A stretch of 44,104 bases of DNA from Asterionella formosa (taxonomy: Eukaryota), in contig NKIB01014374.1 in NCBI GenBank assembly GCA_002256025.1, forward strand, positions 1-44,104, in the 5' to 3' direction. The notes beneath the pieces are model-generated. The model had not been told where the DNA came from and ran no database searches. It was given only the letters and a program-made list of their open reading frames with translations. Below are positions 43,114 through 44,104 of the stretch, piece after piece (position 1 is the stretch's first letter; the number at the start of each line of letters is the position of its first letter). The position numbers were made by a program, and so were the translations under genes.

Positions 43114-43388
43114 GACAATTAGGAAGAAATGTAATGAAGTCGATCCGGAGGCTATTTTCGTGTTGGTTCCAAATGCTGAGTACCATAATAATACGTAGTA
43201 GAGCATGGGCTGATTTGGATGCATATGATATATTTATACCGGAATGCGTACTAAAATTTATGCTGGTGCTTCTTCCCAGAGCGCTCCAGAGGAACTGACT
43301 GCCCTGGAATGGACCGGTCCGCAAGATCTTTCTCGCGCCGCTCGTTTGCATATTATTCTGCTACCGGTATGTAAATACCGGTAGTGTC

Positions 43389-43555
43389 TGTTGAGGGGAA
43401 CCTTATCGTGAATAAAGGTGAACTACAATATTATGACTATTCTATTGCTGTTCCAAGTACATCGTTGTCAGCACTCACGCATGTACCTAATCTGGTGGCT
43501 GCGCCGGTATGGTTCGTACGGCGCATGTATGGAGCATCATATGCAGATATTAACA
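43389..43555 (-). repeat. Putative 167-bp 3' LTR (TGTTAA...TCAACA)
   Basis: Starts immediately after the PPT with TGTT and ends in AACA, forming short inverted termini. The partner 5' LTR is outside the window. Confidence 0.65.
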
Positions 43556-43565
43556 CACCCTCACC
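43556..43565 (-). other. Polypurine tract GGTGAGGGTG
   Basis: Purine-rich run abutting the LTR 'TG', downstream of the RNase H domain. Confidence 0.65.
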
Positions 43566-44104
43566 AACAGATGCAGGCAGAAGAACAGGAGCGGGGAGGG
43601 AGATGCTATCAGCATCGGAAGCCAAGCACGCATAATAGTTAGGAGGACTAGGGAGGGATGGAGGGCAATGGAGATAGTGCGGGCGCATCAACATATGATG
43701 GGAAGCGGGATGATGTTTAGTGAAATAATCAGCACGATTCAAACTACCTTTTTTCCAGTATACAAGAAATTGGCCTTGGCGAACCCGATCGCGTACCCAG
43801 TAATAACGCATATCCATAGCTTTGGAACGTTTTTGTCGGACAGTATCATTGGCGATGCCACTGGCAGTGCTATTATCGGTGACAATACGGGTAGAAGGTT
43901 GGGGATGACCAAGCTCAGCAAGAATGGTGCGAATAGCATATGCCTCTTTGCCATTGTGGAATAAAGCAGCTAATTCGGCCTCAGCAGCACTTGATACAAC
44001 CTCCTTAAGAATTTGACAGTGGACGTAAATAGCACCGTTAAGAGGAGGGATGGATGTAGTGAGGCTAGGTGGAGACACGGGTTTACAGCTGAGAAAGTGA
44101 ATGC

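Larger units (their letters stand above)
43389..44104 (-). mobile_element. 3' end of a Ty1/copia LTR retrotransposon (diatom CoDi-like): RNase H, PPT and 3' LTR; continues beyond the window
   Basis: Copia RNase H motifs VVSSAAEAELAALF, TDNSTA, KRSKAMDMRYYWVRD and NRADYFTK. The frame is open to the window edge. Confidence 0.92.

Noticed and set aside
1..44104. tRNA/rRNA genes and prokaryotic defence systems
   Set aside because: No cloverleaf or rRNA-like sequence recognised by eye (tRNAscan-SE/Infernal would be decisive); gene content is eukaryotic.

Overview
Eukaryotic nuclear DNA, very probably from a pennate diatom. This is inferred from compact, nearly intron-free genes, several bipartite signal peptide + 'A/S-F' plastid presequences, and a diatom-type (CoDi-like) Ty1/copia end. 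The window holds about 15 apparently intact protein genes: a small triple-HExxH repeat protein, ATM1/ABCB7, an Mx-like dynamin, an alkaline ceramidase, a Chk2-like kinase, an ICMT/PEMT-family protein, a glutaminase, a membrane hypothetical, an ABHD/YheT hydrolase, a plastid-type HeH/LEM-like repeat protein, a DEAD-box helicase, a Qb-type SNARE, a SpoU/TrmH methyltransferase, a polyQ dsRBD protein and Sec24. It also holds a decaying RBR E3 ligase, an aldo/keto reductase split by a single TAG, a degraded DDE-transposase relic, two hairpin elements, and the 3' end of a copia element (RNase H, PPT, LTR) just upstream of SEC24. The most striking unexplained signal is a highly iterated palindrome family (TACCGGTA / TACC-N-GGTA / GGTACC). 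It saturates most intergenic spacers, builds nested perfect palindromes and is almost absent from coding DNA. All calls are by-eye motif recognition; no searches were run.
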